A DNA stretch of 30,211 nucleotides from Sporichthyaceae bacterium (GCA_040004585.1 JBDUAP010000001.1:1-30211), one strand, 5' to 3'; counted from the stretch's first letter, positions 1 through 8,766 are shown. Numbers and translations: made by a program. The notes: a model not told the origin generated them from the letters alone.

Positions 1-1
1 C

Positions 2-892
2 GCGACCGCAGTCCGCGCCCTCGAGATGGCGGTGCCGGGCGGCGAGCTGGTGACGCTGGACCGCGACCGTGACGGCGACCTGTTCCACGGAGCCGTCGTG
101 GCGCTTGGGGCGCTGGGAGTCGTCACGCGCCTCACGCTCGACGTGGTGCCCACGTTCGAGATCCGGCAATACGTCTATGACGACCTCAACTACGAACAGC
201 TGCTCGATGCCTTCGACGACGTCGTCTCCGCGGCGTACAGCGTCAGTATCTTCACCGACTGGCGCGACCCGGTGCGTGCCCAGGTCTGGCTCAAGCGACG
301 CGACAATGGCCCCGGTCGGGCCGGTGAGCCGCCGCAGCATTGGCTCGGCGCGAGCCTGACAACGGCGCCCCGTCACCCGGTGCCTGGCATGTCACCCGTG
401 AACTGCACTGCACAGCTGGGTGAGCCAGGCCCGTGGCACGAGCGGCTGCCACACTTCCGCCTCGGCTTCACACCGAGCAGCGGGGCCGAGCTCCAGTCCG
501 AGTACCTCGTGGCGCGCGGCTCCGCCGTCGCGGCTCTGCACGCCGTGGCCGAACTGCGGGAGCAGGTGGCCCCACTGCTGCAGATCTCGGAGATCCGCAC
601 GGTCGCGGCAGACGAGCTCTGGTTGAGCCCTGCCTACCGGCGCGACAGCGTCGCGCTGCACTTCACCTGGGTGGCAGACGAAGCGGCCGTTGCACCCGTT
701 GTGTCAGCCGTCGAGCATGCTTTGGGGCCTTTCGACGCCCGTCCCCACTGGGGCAAGGTCTTTACTACCCCGCCGCACATGGTGAGCCGTCTGTACGAAC
801 GCTCGGCCGACTTCACCGCCCTGACGCAGCGGTTCGACCCCGATGGTGTGTTGCAGAACGAACTGCTCGCGGCTTGCTTCTCCAGACGCTGA
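2..892 (+). CDS. FAD-linked alditol/xylitol oxidase-like protein (arabinono-lactone oxidase C-terminal domain), 5'-truncated by window edge
   Basis: Frame is open from base 2 (ATAVRALEMAVPGGE...). Contains GALGVVT, LQSEY, EIRTVAADELWLSP, ALHFTW and the C-terminal RPHWGK motif typical of the AldO/ALO family. Confidence 0.85.
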   Translation, partial: ATAVRALEMAVPGGELVTLDRDRDGDLFHGAVVALGALGVVTRLTLDVVPTFEIRQYVYDDLNYEQLLDAFDDVVSAAYSVSIFTDWRDPVRAQVWLKRRDNGPGRAGEPPQHWLGASLTTAPRHPVPGMSPVNCTAQLGEPGPWHERLPHFRLGFTPSSGAELQSEYLVARGSAVAALHAVAELREQVAPLLQISEIRTVAADELWLSPAYRRDSVALHFTWVADEAAVAPVVSAVEHALGPFDARPHWGKVFTTPPHMVSRLYERSADFTALTQRFDPDGVLQNELLAACFSRR

Positions 893-919
893 ACCACACC
901 GGGCCCCGATATCGCCTCA

Positions 920-1450
920 CTAGTGGATGATGAAGGTCTTCTGCACCGGCGCCTTCACCCAGCCCGCCTGCCCGTAACGACGCCCACACGTGGTCGCTGA
1001 CGTGTTGTAGTAACGGAAGGCCCGGATGTACTGGTCGTACTTCCTGAACCCGAAGTCCACCGTCACCGACGAGTGAGCGGGCACCGATGTGGTGACGGAG
1101 TAGGTGGTGCTGATCGTCACGGACTTCTGCAGAGCGACGCTCGCCGACGCCTCGGCCTTCACCTTCGCAAAGACCCAGAAGCCGGCCTCTGCCCCGACCG
1201 TGATCGTGCCGGTGAAGGTTCGCGACGACGTGTGGCTCTGCGTCACCGAGACCGTCATCGATGCCTTCACATTGCGGCGGTTGACCGCCGTGACCGACTC
1301 CGCCCGGACGAAGTGGCGGTAGACGTTGGTTCGCACATAGTGCGTGTACCCGTCATCGCAGATGACCCTCGCCGAAGCCGGCGACGCCAGCGCCATCGAG
1401 CCGCCGACAAGCCCACAAATCGTGATGATCGTGGCGAAAAGTCGTCTCAT
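920..1450 (-). CDS. Secreted 176-aa protein with aerolysin/ETX-MTX2-like beta-hairpin pattern
   Basis: Sec signal MRRLFATIITICGLVGGSMALASPASA (A-S-A site). Ser/Thr-alternating strands flank an amphipathic hairpin FTGTITVGAEAG-FWVF-AKVKAEASASVAL, followed by VPAHSSVTV. Cys31/Cys155 pair. ORF is credible; function is inferred. Confidence 0.7.
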   Translation of the reverse strand: MRRLFATIITICGLVGGSMALASPASARVICDDGYTHYVRTNVYRHFVRAESVTAVNRRNVKASMTVSVTQSHTSSRTFTGTITVGAEAGFWVFAKVKAEASASVALQKSVTISTTYSVTTSVPAHSSVTVDFGFRKYDQYIRAFRYYNTSATTCGRRYGQAGWVKAPVQKTFIIH

Positions 1451-1458
1451 GGGCCGTG

Positions 1459-1464
1459 ACGCTA
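1459..1464 (-). promoter_or_regulatory. Putative -10 hexamer TAGCGT, leaderless promoter of the secreted protein
   Basis: TANNNT 8 nt upstream of ATG 1450; no Shine-Dalgarno. Confidence 0.45.
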
Positions 1465-1512
1465 GCCGTGCGCGACCCCCCAGGTCCAGGAAACGGCCAA
1501 ACGGGGGGTGTC

Positions 1513-2622
1513 TCAGTCGCGCCAGATGAAGACCACGGCCCTGTCGTCGTGGTGGGCGGAGGCCACCCGGTCGATGAGCTTGCCCGCGCCCTCGCGGAAC
1601 CCGCGGGTCACCAGCCGCTCCGCCTCACCGAGCAGCTTGTCGATCCCGACCGACAGGTCGCGACCCGGCGTCTCGATCAGCCCGTCGGTGAAGAGCAGGA
1701 GTGCGTCGCCCCGATCGAGGCGTCCCGACTCGCTGACGAATTTCGCGTCCGGGAAGACTCCGAGAAGGGGACCCTCGCTCGCCTCGGAGACCCGCCACCG
1801 ACCGGACCCGGCCGCGAACTGCACGGCCGGCGGATGACCGGCGGTCGACACGACGTACTCGCCTGTCTCGAGGTGGATGATCACGTGCGCAACGGTGGCA
1901 AATCCTTCGTCCCACTCCTGCCGCAGCAGGTAGCGGTTGGCGGCGAGCAGGAAATCCTCGGGCGAGACCGAACCGAGCAGGCCGCCGAACGCACCGGAGA
2001 GCAGCAAAGCCCGAGCGCCGGCGTCGACTCCCTTGCCGGACACGTCGACGAGCGCCACCTCGAGAGCACGTCCGTCGTGCGAACGAGTGGCTACCAGGAA
2101 GTCACCCGAGAACGACCCACCACCGGCCGAGCGCAGCACGACTTCGGCCGACCAACCGTCGGGCAGGGCAGGCATCTCGCCGTGCGCCCGTAACCGGTCG
2201 CGGAGATCGACGAGCATCGAGTCGCCGCGGGTGCCCTGGACGCCGAGCCTCCCGCGGCTGCGGGCGAACAGGAGAACGATGGCGGCCGTAGCGGCCACGA
2301 TGAGCACAGCACCGGCCGGGAGCGGAGGCGTGTACGGAGCGAGCTCCCACAGCAGCACAGCACCCACGACGACGTCGAGCAGGAGCAGGCTGCGCACCCC
2401 GAGCAGGAACCCTCCGACGAGCACCACCAGAGCGAGAGAGGCAGACGGGAACCAGCGCGGTACTTCCTGGTTGAGGATGCCGAGGGCCACTGCGGCGAGG
2501 CTCAGGGAGACCAGCACAAAGGCCTCGGAGTGCAGCAGATGGCGCCGGATCCACACAGACAGCCGCCACCACGCGACCGACGCGCGTGAGCGCTGCTGAC
2601 GTCCCGACCGGCTGGGGGTCAT
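1513..2622 (-). CDS. Membrane-anchored PP2C/SpoIIE (RsbU-like) Ser/Thr phosphatase
   Basis: About 4 N-terminal TM helices; motifs FSGDF, LVDVSGKG, AGHPP, LFTDGL, DDRAV. Start moved from 2718 to ATG 2622 because TAGTCT (2631-2636) lies 8 nt upstream. Confidence 0.9.
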   Translation of the reverse strand: MTPSRSGRQQRSRASVAWWRLSVWIRRHLLHSEAFVLVSLSLAAVALGILNQEVPRWFPSASLALVVLVGGFLLGVRSLLLLDVVVGAVLLWELAPYTPPLPAGAVLIVAATAAIVLLFARSRGRLGVQGTRGDSMLVDLRDRLRAHGEMPALPDGWSAEVVLRSAGGGSFSGDFLVATRSHDGRALEVALVDVSGKGVDAGARALLLSGAFGGLLGSVSPEDFLLAANRYLLRQEWDEGFATVAHVIIHLETGEYVVSTAGHPPAVQFAAGSGRWRVSEASEGPLLGVFPDAKFVSESGRLDRGDALLLFTDGLIETPGRDLSVGIDKLLGEAERLVTRGFREGAGKLIDRVASAHHDDRAVVFIWRD

Positions 2623-2748
2623 GCCTCCCGAGACTACCGAGCGGTCTGAGCGATCACCGGCTTTCGCCGGATCCCGCCACGATGCATCGAAATCTGCCAT
2701 GCGGAATCTGCGATGCACGCCCCGACCCGGATCTGATAGGCACGAGCC

Positions 2749-3999
2749 ATGAATGCATCGCCACCGACGCCGTTCTCCGTCCGCGTGCTCACCGACGAGG
2801 ACTGGCCGGCCATCCTCGAGGTCGACAGCAACGCGTTCGGCAACACGTTCCAGCCAGAGGTCCTCGACTCTGAGCGGGTCCTGCAGGAGCCGGGCCGCGC
2901 CTTGGGGGCCTTCGACGGCCTGACACTGGTCGGTCTCACGTCCGCGTTCTCCTTCAACCTCACCGTGCCCGGTGCCGTGGTTCCAGCGGCCGGGGTCACC
3001 TGGGTGGGCGTCCTACCCACGCACCGCCGGCGCGGCGTGCTCCGCGCCCTGATGACCGCACAGCTGCACGACGCGCACGAACGCGGGCGCGAGGCCGTCG
3101 CCATCCTCTGGGCCTCCGAGCCGGTCATCTACGGTCGGTTCGGCTACGGGCTGGCCAGCCGCGCCTACTCGATGAAGGTGCCCCGCAGCGCCCACGCATT
3201 GCGGTCGGACTCCCCCAACGACCCGGCCCTGCGACTCCGCCTGGTGCCCGCGGACGACTGGACGCTGACGGCCGACGTCTACGCCACTGCAGCGGCCGCC
3301 CGACCCGGCATGATCGGCCGCGACGAACGGTGGCACCGGCGTGCTGCCAGCGACTTCCCGTCGCTGCGAGAGGGCAGGTCGGCCCTGCGGTGCGTCGTGG
3401 CCGAGGACGACAGCGGCCCCCGGGGCTACGCCCGTTACAACACCAAGCCGGACTGGAGCACCCCGATCCCGTCCGGCACGGTCAATGTCCGTGAGGTGAT
3501 CGCGGTCGATGGCGCTGCACTGGCCGCGCTCTATCGTTATCTGTTCGACCTCGACCTGATGGGTGTGGCCGAGTTGTGGAACGTCCCCGTCGACAGCCCG
3601 CTCCTGCACTGGCTCGACAACACTCGGGCGACCAAGCCGATCTGGCAGGACGCCCTTTACGTGCGGCTGGTCGATGTCGGCACCGCACTCGCACAGCGGA
3701 AGTACTCCGCGCCGGTCGACGTCGTCCTCGAGGTCACCGACGAGATCTGTCCGTGGAACCATGGCCGTTGGCGCCTCGTCGGAGGTCGCGACAGCGCTCG
3801 CTGCAAGCGGTCCGAGGACGACCCCGACCTCACCCTCAGCATCACCGACCTGGGCGGGACCTACCTCGGCGGCACCGCCCTGGGCGAGCTCGCCACGGCC
3901 GGCCGGATGCAGGTCCGGGCGGGGAGCGCAGAGCTGCTGAGCTCGGTGTCGGCGGCGTTCTCCACGAGCCCCGCACCCTGGTGCCCGTTCATCTTCTGA
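2749..3999 (+). CDS. eis: Eis-family GNAT acetyltransferase (tandem GNAT + SCP2-like domain)
   Basis: VTWVGVLPTHRRRGVLRALM, LWASEPVIYGRFGYG, VRLVDV..AL..R.Y, NHGRWRL, C-terminal PWCPFIF. Confidence 0.9.
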   Translation: MNASPPTPFSVRVLTDEDWPAILEVDSNAFGNTFQPEVLDSERVLQEPGRALGAFDGLTLVGLTSAFSFNLTVPGAVVPAAGVTWVGVLPTHRRRGVLRALMTAQLHDAHERGREAVAILWASEPVIYGRFGYGLASRAYSMKVPRSAHALRSDSPNDPALRLRLVPADDWTLTADVYATAAAARPGMIGRDERWHRRAASDFPSLREGRSALRCVVAEDDSGPRGYARYNTKPDWSTPIPSGTVNVREVIAVDGAALAALYRYLFDLDLMGVAELWNVPVDSPLLHWLDNTRATKPIWQDALYVRLVDVGTALAQRKYSAPVDVVLEVTDEICPWNHGRWRLVGGRDSARCKRSEDDPDLTLSITDLGGTYLGGTALGELATAGRMQVRAGSAELLSSVSAAFSTSPAPWCPFIF

Positions 4000-4022
4000 G
4001 CGGGCCGGTCATTCGGCGCGAG

Positions 4023-4505
4023 TCACACCGCCGGCACGTCGGGCAGGTCCGGCAGCTCGCTGGTCCTTTCGTAGGAGTCGATCATCGCGATCCGGCGCGC
4101 GTGCCGCTCCTCGCCGCTGAACGCCGTCGTGAGGAACAGCTCAACCATCCGGGTGGCCTCATCGGCAGTGTGCATCCGGGCACCGAGGCTGATGACGTTG
4201 GCGTCGTTGTGCTCGCGGGCGAGCACTGCGGTCTCCTCGGTCCAGGTCAGAGCGGCCCGCACTCCGCGGACCTTGTTGGCAGCGATCTGCTCGCCGTTGC
4301 CCGACCCACCCAGGACGATGCCGAGACTGCCCCGGTCGTTGACGACGGCCTGCGCGGCACGCAGGACGTACGGCGGGTAGTCGTCGACCGGGTCGTACTC
4401 GACCGGCCCGTGGTCGACGACGTCGTACCGCTCGCTCTCCAACCACGCGACCAGGTGCGCCTTGAGCTCGAAGCCGGCGTGGTCGGACCCCAGGTGCACG
4501 CGCAT
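4023..4505 (-). CDS. rpiB: Ribose-5-phosphate isomerase B
   Basis: GSDHAGFELK, DDYP, GGSGNGEQIAANKVRGVRAAL, AREHNDANV, ERHARRI. Confidence 0.96.
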   Translation of the reverse strand: MRVHLGSDHAGFELKAHLVAWLESERYDVVDHGPVEYDPVDDYPPYVLRAAQAVVNDRGSLGIVLGGSGNGEQIAANKVRGVRAALTWTEETAVLAREHNDANVISLGARMHTADEATRMVELFLTTAFSGEERHARRIAMIDSYERTSELPDLPDVPAV

Positions 4506-4537
4506 GTGGCGCAGTCTGGCAGGCGGGTCGCCAGCGG

Positions 4538-4711
4538 TCAGTCAGGAGTCCCGGCGGTCTGCGGGGCGGAGATGCCCGGCTGCGGCTCGGGCACCGCGGC
4601 GTCCTCGGGAGGCGTTTGCGCCTCGCCGAGCACCGGCTCGGAAACCGGTGGCCCGGCGTAGGTGACCCAGGCGCATTGGTGCACGTCCCAGTAGCGTGCT
4701 TTCTCGGCCAC
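4538..4711 (-). CDS. Small hypothetical protein, 57 aa (missing from ORF track)
   Basis: Hand translation MAEKARYWDVHQCAWVTYAGPPVSEPVLGEAQTPPEDAAVPEPQPGISAPQTAGTPD*. Strong SD GAGGAGG (4717-4723) 5 nt before GTG; fills the gap between the DsbA-like gene and rpiB on the same strand. Confidence 0.6.
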   Translation of the reverse strand: MAEKARYWDVHQCAWVTYAGPPVSEPVLGEAQTPPEDAAVPEPQPGISAPQTAGTPD

Positions 4712-4777
4712 CACTGCCTCCTCGCTTCAGGGCAAGGATGCCTCGGGAGAAGGGCGCCGCGCAGCCCAAATGTCGGA

Positions 4778-5389
4778 TCAGTCGAAGATCGGGTCGCGGG
4801 TCCGGGAGCGCTTGAGTTCGAAGAACCCGTCGGTGCCGGCGACCAGCAGCACCCCGTCCCAAAGCTTGCCGGCTGCCTCACCGCGAGGCGCGGGAGACAC
4901 AACCGGGCCGAAGAAGGCGACCCCCTCCACCGAGATGACCGGCGTACCGACGTCCATGCCCACCTGGTCCATCCCGGCGTGGTGCGACTTCTTGAGCGCC
5001 TCGTCGAACTCCGTCGACGTCATCGCGTCGGCCAGGTCCGTGGGCAGGCCCACCTCGGCGAGAGCCGCCTCGATCGTGGCCCGGTCCTTTGGGCGCCGCT
5101 CGAGGTGGAAGCGCTCTCCCAGCGCGGTGTACAGAGGCAGGACCACGTCGTCGCCATGTGCGGCCGCCGCCGCGGTGACGACCCGGACCGGACCCCAGGC
5201 ATCTGCCATCGCCGCCTGGTATTCCGGGGGAAGGTCGCGACCCTCGTTGAGATAGCCGAGCGACATCACGTGCCAGCGCACCGTCACGTCTCGAACCTGT
5301 TCGACCTCGAGCATCCAGCGCGACGACATCCAGGCCCACGGGCAGGTCGGGTCGAACCAAAAATCGGCCGGCGCTGGGCGAGAAGTCAT
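4778..5389 (-). CDS. DsbA-like mycothiol-dependent reductase (Rv2466c family)
   Basis: DFWFDPTCPWAWMSSRW, ALYTALG-like helix, DVGTPVI, FFGPV, FFELKRSR. Start ATG 5389 lies 10 nt below a SigH/SigR-type -10. Confidence 0.9.
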   Translation of the reverse strand: MTSRPAPADFWFDPTCPWAWMSSRWMLEVEQVRDVTVRWHVMSLGYLNEGRDLPPEYQAAMADAWGPVRVVTAAAAAHGDDVVLPLYTALGERFHLERRPKDRATIEAALAEVGLPTDLADAMTSTEFDEALKKSHHAGMDQVGMDVGTPVISVEGVAFFGPVVSPAPRGEAAGKLWDGVLLVAGTDGFFELKRSRTRDPIFD

Positions 5390-5399
5390 ATCGGTCAGA

Positions 5400-5425
5400 A
5401 ACGGGAAATGCCGGGCCGGCATTCC
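5400..5425 (-). promoter_or_regulatory. SigH/SigR-type ECF promoter GGAAT-N18-GTT for the DsbA-like gene
   Basis: Minus strand reads GGAAT gccggcccggcatttccc GTT, an exact 18-nt spacer. Rv2466c-family genes are established SigH-regulon members. Confidence 0.75.
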
Positions 5426-5497
5426 CGGTCGAGGCTCGGCGCTGCCTCCCCGTCGTTCATGGGAGGATTTCCAGGCCTGCGACCTAGGAGCCTTTGC

Positions 5498-8056
5498 GTG
5501 CTAGCCCGAGCAAACATGAACCTCACCCGCGACGAGGCCGTGGCCCGTGCCCGGGTGCTGTCTGTGGACACGTACGACGTCGAGCTGGACCTCAGTCGGG
5601 AGGAGCCGACATTCCCGTCCACGACCGGCGTGCGCTTCCGCTGCACCGAGCCCGGAACGAGCACGTTCATCGACCTGGTGGCAGCGTCGGTGCGCGAGGT
5701 CGAGCTCAACGGCCGCACTCTCGACCCGGCCGAGGTCTTCGACGGCACCCGGATCCGGCTGGACGACCTGGCCGGAGTGAACACGCTGCGGGTGGTCGCC
5801 GACTGCCGCTACATGAACACCGGCGAGGGCCTGCACCGCTTCATCGACCCGGTCGACAAGGCGGTCTACCTCTACACGCAGTTCGAGGTGGCCGACTCCC
5901 GGCGCATGTTCGCTGTCTTCGAGCAGCCCGACCTCAAGGCGAGCTTCACGTTCACCGTGCTCGCACCGGCCGAGTGGCAGGTCATCTCCAACGCGCCGAC
6001 CCCGACTCCGGAGCCGGGTTCCGGCGGGCTGGCGACATGGCGGTTTCCGACCACCCAGCGGATGTCCTCCTACATCACCGCCCTGGTTGCCGGCCCCTAC
6101 CACCGGATCGAGGACCAGTACCGCGCGGGAGACCGCGTCGTACCGCTCTCGCTCTACTGCCGCGCCTCGCTCGCCGAACACCTCGACGCCGACGTCCTCT
6201 TCGCGGAGACCCGCCAGGGTTTCGAGTTCTTCGAGCGGATCTTCGACTACCCCTACCCGTTCGAGAAGTACGACCAGCTGTTCGTGCCGGAGTTCAACGC
6301 CGGCGCCATGGAGAACGCCGGCTGCGTCACGCACAACGAGGACTACGTCTTCCGGTCGCGGGTTCCCGAGGTCGCCTACGAGCGGCGCGCGGTGACGATC
6401 CTGCACGAGATGGCGCACATGTGGTTCGGCGACCTGGTCACGATGACGTGGTGGAACGACTTGTGGCTCAACGAGTCGTTCGCCGAATACGCCAGCACCC
6501 TCGCGGCTGCCGAAGCCACGAAGTGGCGCTCGGCCTGGACGACCTTCGCGAACACGGACAAGACGTGGGCCTATCGGCAGGACCAGCTCCCGTCGACCCA
6601 CCCGATCGCTGCCGAGATCAACGACCTGGAGGACGTCGAGGTCAACTTCGACGGGATCACCTACGCCAAGGGCGCATCGGTGCTCAAGCAGCTCGTGGCC
6701 TGGGTGGGCCGGGAGCAGTTCCTCGACGGCATCCAGCGCTACTTCCGCAGCTACGCGTGGGGCAACACGACGCTCAGCGACCTGTTGGGCAAGCTCGAGG
6801 AGACGTCAGGGCGCGACCTGAAGGCATGGTCGGCGGAGTGGCTGGAGACGGCCGGGGTCAACACACTGCGAGCGGACTTCCGGCTCGACGCCGAGGGACG
6901 GTTCACCCGCTTCACCGTGGCGCAGCAGGCCCCGGACGCGTGGCCCACCCTGCGGTCGCACCGCCTCGCCATCGCGCTCTACGACCGGGTGGACGGCAAG
7001 CTGGTTCGTCGCACGCGGATCGAGCTGGACGTGACGGGGGCGCACACCGACGTACCGGACTTCGTGGGTGAAGCCCAGCCCGACCTCGTGCTGCTGAACG
7101 ACGATGACCTGACCTACGCGAAGGTCCGGCTGGACGAGCGGTCGCTGGCCACGTTGATCGAGGGCATCGGCGACTTCGAGGACAGCCTCCCGCGCTCCCT
7201 GTGCTGGGCGGCGGCGTGGGACATGACCCGCGACGGCGAGATGTCGACGACCGACTACGTCACCCTGGTGCTCAGTGGCGTGGGCCGCGAGACCGACAGC
7301 TCGGTCACCCGCACCGTGCTGAGGCAGGCCGAGACAGCCACGATGCTTTACTCCGACCCAGCCGATCGCGAGGCCTCCCGGCGTCGTCTCGCCGAGGGGT
7401 TCTACACGCTGATGCGCGCCGCCGACGCCGGCAGTGACTCTCAGCTGCAGCTGGCTCGGGCGTTCGCGGGCGTCGCCTGCACCGATGAGCACCTCGCGCT
7501 CGTTGCCGGCGCGCTTGACGGCTCGGCACTCATCGAGGGCCTCACGATCGACACCGACCTGCGCTGGCACCTGCTGCACCAGCTCGCCGCGGCCGGTCAG
7601 GCCGACGCGGCGGCGATCGAAACCGAGGTCACTCGCGACGACACGGCCACCGGTCGACGGCAGGCCGCCGCCGCACTCGCGGCGCGACCATTGCCGGAGG
7701 CCAAGCAGGCAGCGTTCGACTCGGTCATGAACGACGACTCGCTGCCCAACGCCATCCAGACCGCGACGGTCGGCGGATTCGCCCAGCCCGTCCAGGAAGA
7801 CCTGCTCCGGCCGTTCGTGGCGCCCTATTTCGCGCGGCTGCGCGAGATCTGGGCGGAGCGGACGAACGAGACCGCGCAGAACATCGTGATCGGCCTTTTC
7901 CCGACGCTGATCCCGGAACAGTCGACGGTGGACGCGGCCGACGCGTGGCTCGCCGACAACGTGGACGCGGTGCCGGCACTGCGCCGGCTCGTTCTCGAGT
8001 CGCGCGACGGCGTCGCCCGCGCTCTGCGGGCACAGGCGCGCGACGCCCAGAGCTAA
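5498..8056 (+). CDS. pepN: Aminopeptidase N (M1 family)
   Basis: NLTRDEA N-terminus, GAMEN, HEMAH...WLNE (HExxH-x18-E), FDGITYAKG. GTG 5498 has AGGAG 7 nt upstream (alternative ATG 5516). Confidence 0.96.
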   Translation: MLARANMNLTRDEAVARARVLSVDTYDVELDLSREEPTFPSTTGVRFRCTEPGTSTFIDLVAASVREVELNGRTLDPAEVFDGTRIRLDDLAGVNTLRVVADCRYMNTGEGLHRFIDPVDKAVYLYTQFEVADSRRMFAVFEQPDLKASFTFTVLAPAEWQVISNAPTPTPEPGSGGLATWRFPTTQRMSSYITALVAGPYHRIEDQYRAGDRVVPLSLYCRASLAEHLDADVLFAETRQGFEFFERIFDYPYPFEKYDQLFVPEFNAGAMENAGCVTHNEDYVFRSRVPEVAYERRAVTILHEMAHMWFGDLVTMTWWNDLWLNESFAEYASTLAAAEATKWRSAWTTFANTDKTWAYRQDQLPSTHPIAAEINDLEDVEVNFDGITYAKGASVLKQLVAWVGREQFLDGIQRYFRSYAWGNTTLSDLLGKLEETSGRDLKAWSAEWLETAGVNTLRADFRLDAEGRFTRFTVAQQAPDAWPTLRSHRLAIALYDRVDGKLVRRTRIELDVTGAHTDVPDFVGEAQPDLVLLNDDDLTYAKVRLDERSLATLIEGIGDFEDSLPRSLCWAAAWDMTRDGEMSTTDYVTLVLSGVGRETDSSVTRTVLRQAETATMLYSDPADREASRRRLAEGFYTLMRAADAGSDSQLQLARAFAGVACTDEHLALVAGALDGSALIEGLTIDTDLRWHLLHQLAAAGQADAAAIETEVTRDDTATGRRQAAAALAARPLPEAKQAAFDSVMNDDSLPNAIQTATVGGFAQPVQEDLLRPFVAPYFARLREIWAERTNETAQNIVIGLFPTLIPEQSTVDAADAWLADNVDAVPALRRLVLESRDGVARALRAQARDAQS

Positions 8057-8059
8057 GGC

Positions 8060-8461
8060 TCAGCGGGGACCGGTGTGCAGCGACCGTGGGGCCTGCGCGT
8101 GCTCGGCGAGGGAAATGATTCCGTTCGCGATGCCGCCGGATAGATCGCCAGCCTGGAAGGCCGACGTCATGGTCATCGCGGCCAGGCCGGTGGAGCGGTC
8201 GTCGAGGCGGCGGCGCACGTCGGGACCCGTGACGATCTCCAGCCGGCGCGACCCCGGGTCCACCGCGACCAAAACCGACTCGCGGGCCTGGTCACCGAGA
8301 GCGCCGTGCAGCAGCATCGCTTCGTCGCGGGGGTCGCCCTCAAGGGTCCCGACATAGACCGAGACCGGCAGGTCGGACTGCTGCTGGGCCAGCCGGATCG
8401 CGCGCACGATGTCGTCGTTCTGGCGCTCCGAGAATGCCTCACCAGCGGGCACTGGAACCAC
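8060..8461 (-). CDS. DUF5130 / TPM-fold protein (Rv2468c, CtaI-like)
   Basis: SVYVG, VLVAVDPGSRRLEIVTG, FQAGDLSGG pattern; position directly after pepN. Confidence 0.8.
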   Translation of the reverse strand: MVPVPAGEAFSERQNDDIVRAIRLAQQQSDLPVSVYVGTLEGDPRDEAMLLHGALGDQARESVLVAVDPGSRRLEIVTGPDVRRRLDDRSTGLAAMTMTSAFQAGDLSGGIANGIISLAEHAQAPRSLHTGPR

Positions 8462-8753
8462 CGCCGTCCGTGGTCGGGGTCGCGCGCCGGACCGCGGTGT
8501 CGGCGTCGTCGGGGCCGTTGAACCACACCGGCGCGGCCCACCAGCCCAGGCCGGGCCGGTAGCGGGGGCCGCGGGTCATCGACGGCGCCATCGCGAGCAG
8601 GGCGATGACGAGGAAAAGCAAGGCAGGTGCGCCGACGTAGAGGAGCAGGGTCTCGATAGCACTAAGACCCTTGCCGGGGACCTCGCCGTCGTCGAGCTGC
8701 GCGGCCGGCAAGGCCTGCACGGCCTGCACTGCGAAGAGGATGTGCGCGGTCAC
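8439..8753 (-). CDS. ctaJ: Small single-TM protein, CtaJ-like (cytochrome aa3 supercomplex accessory subunit family)
   Basis: ETLLLYVGAPALLFLVIALL TM helix, RYRPG..W...PVWF.G, C-terminal GGGSSARW; overlaps the DUF5130 gene. TACGGT -10 lies 7 nt upstream of GTG. Confidence 0.65.
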   Translation of the reverse strand: MTAHILFAVQAVQALPAAQLDDGEVPGKGLSAIETLLLYVGAPALLFLVIALLAMAPSMTRGPRYRPGLGWWAAPVWFNGPDDADTAVRRATPTTDGGGSSARW

Positions 8754-8766
8754 GGGTCAAACCGTA

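Noticed and set aside
2657-2670. GAAA-tetraloop hairpin (CCGGC-GAAA-GCCGG on the minus strand) as part of a riboswitch
   Set aside because: Only a 5-bp stem and upstream of the inferred leaderless TSS of the PP2C gene; no aptamer consensus.
4616-5497. N-terminal extension making pepN 1146 aa
   Set aside because: Overlaps the DsbA-like gene on the opposite strand; homology and the SD point to a start at 5498/5516.
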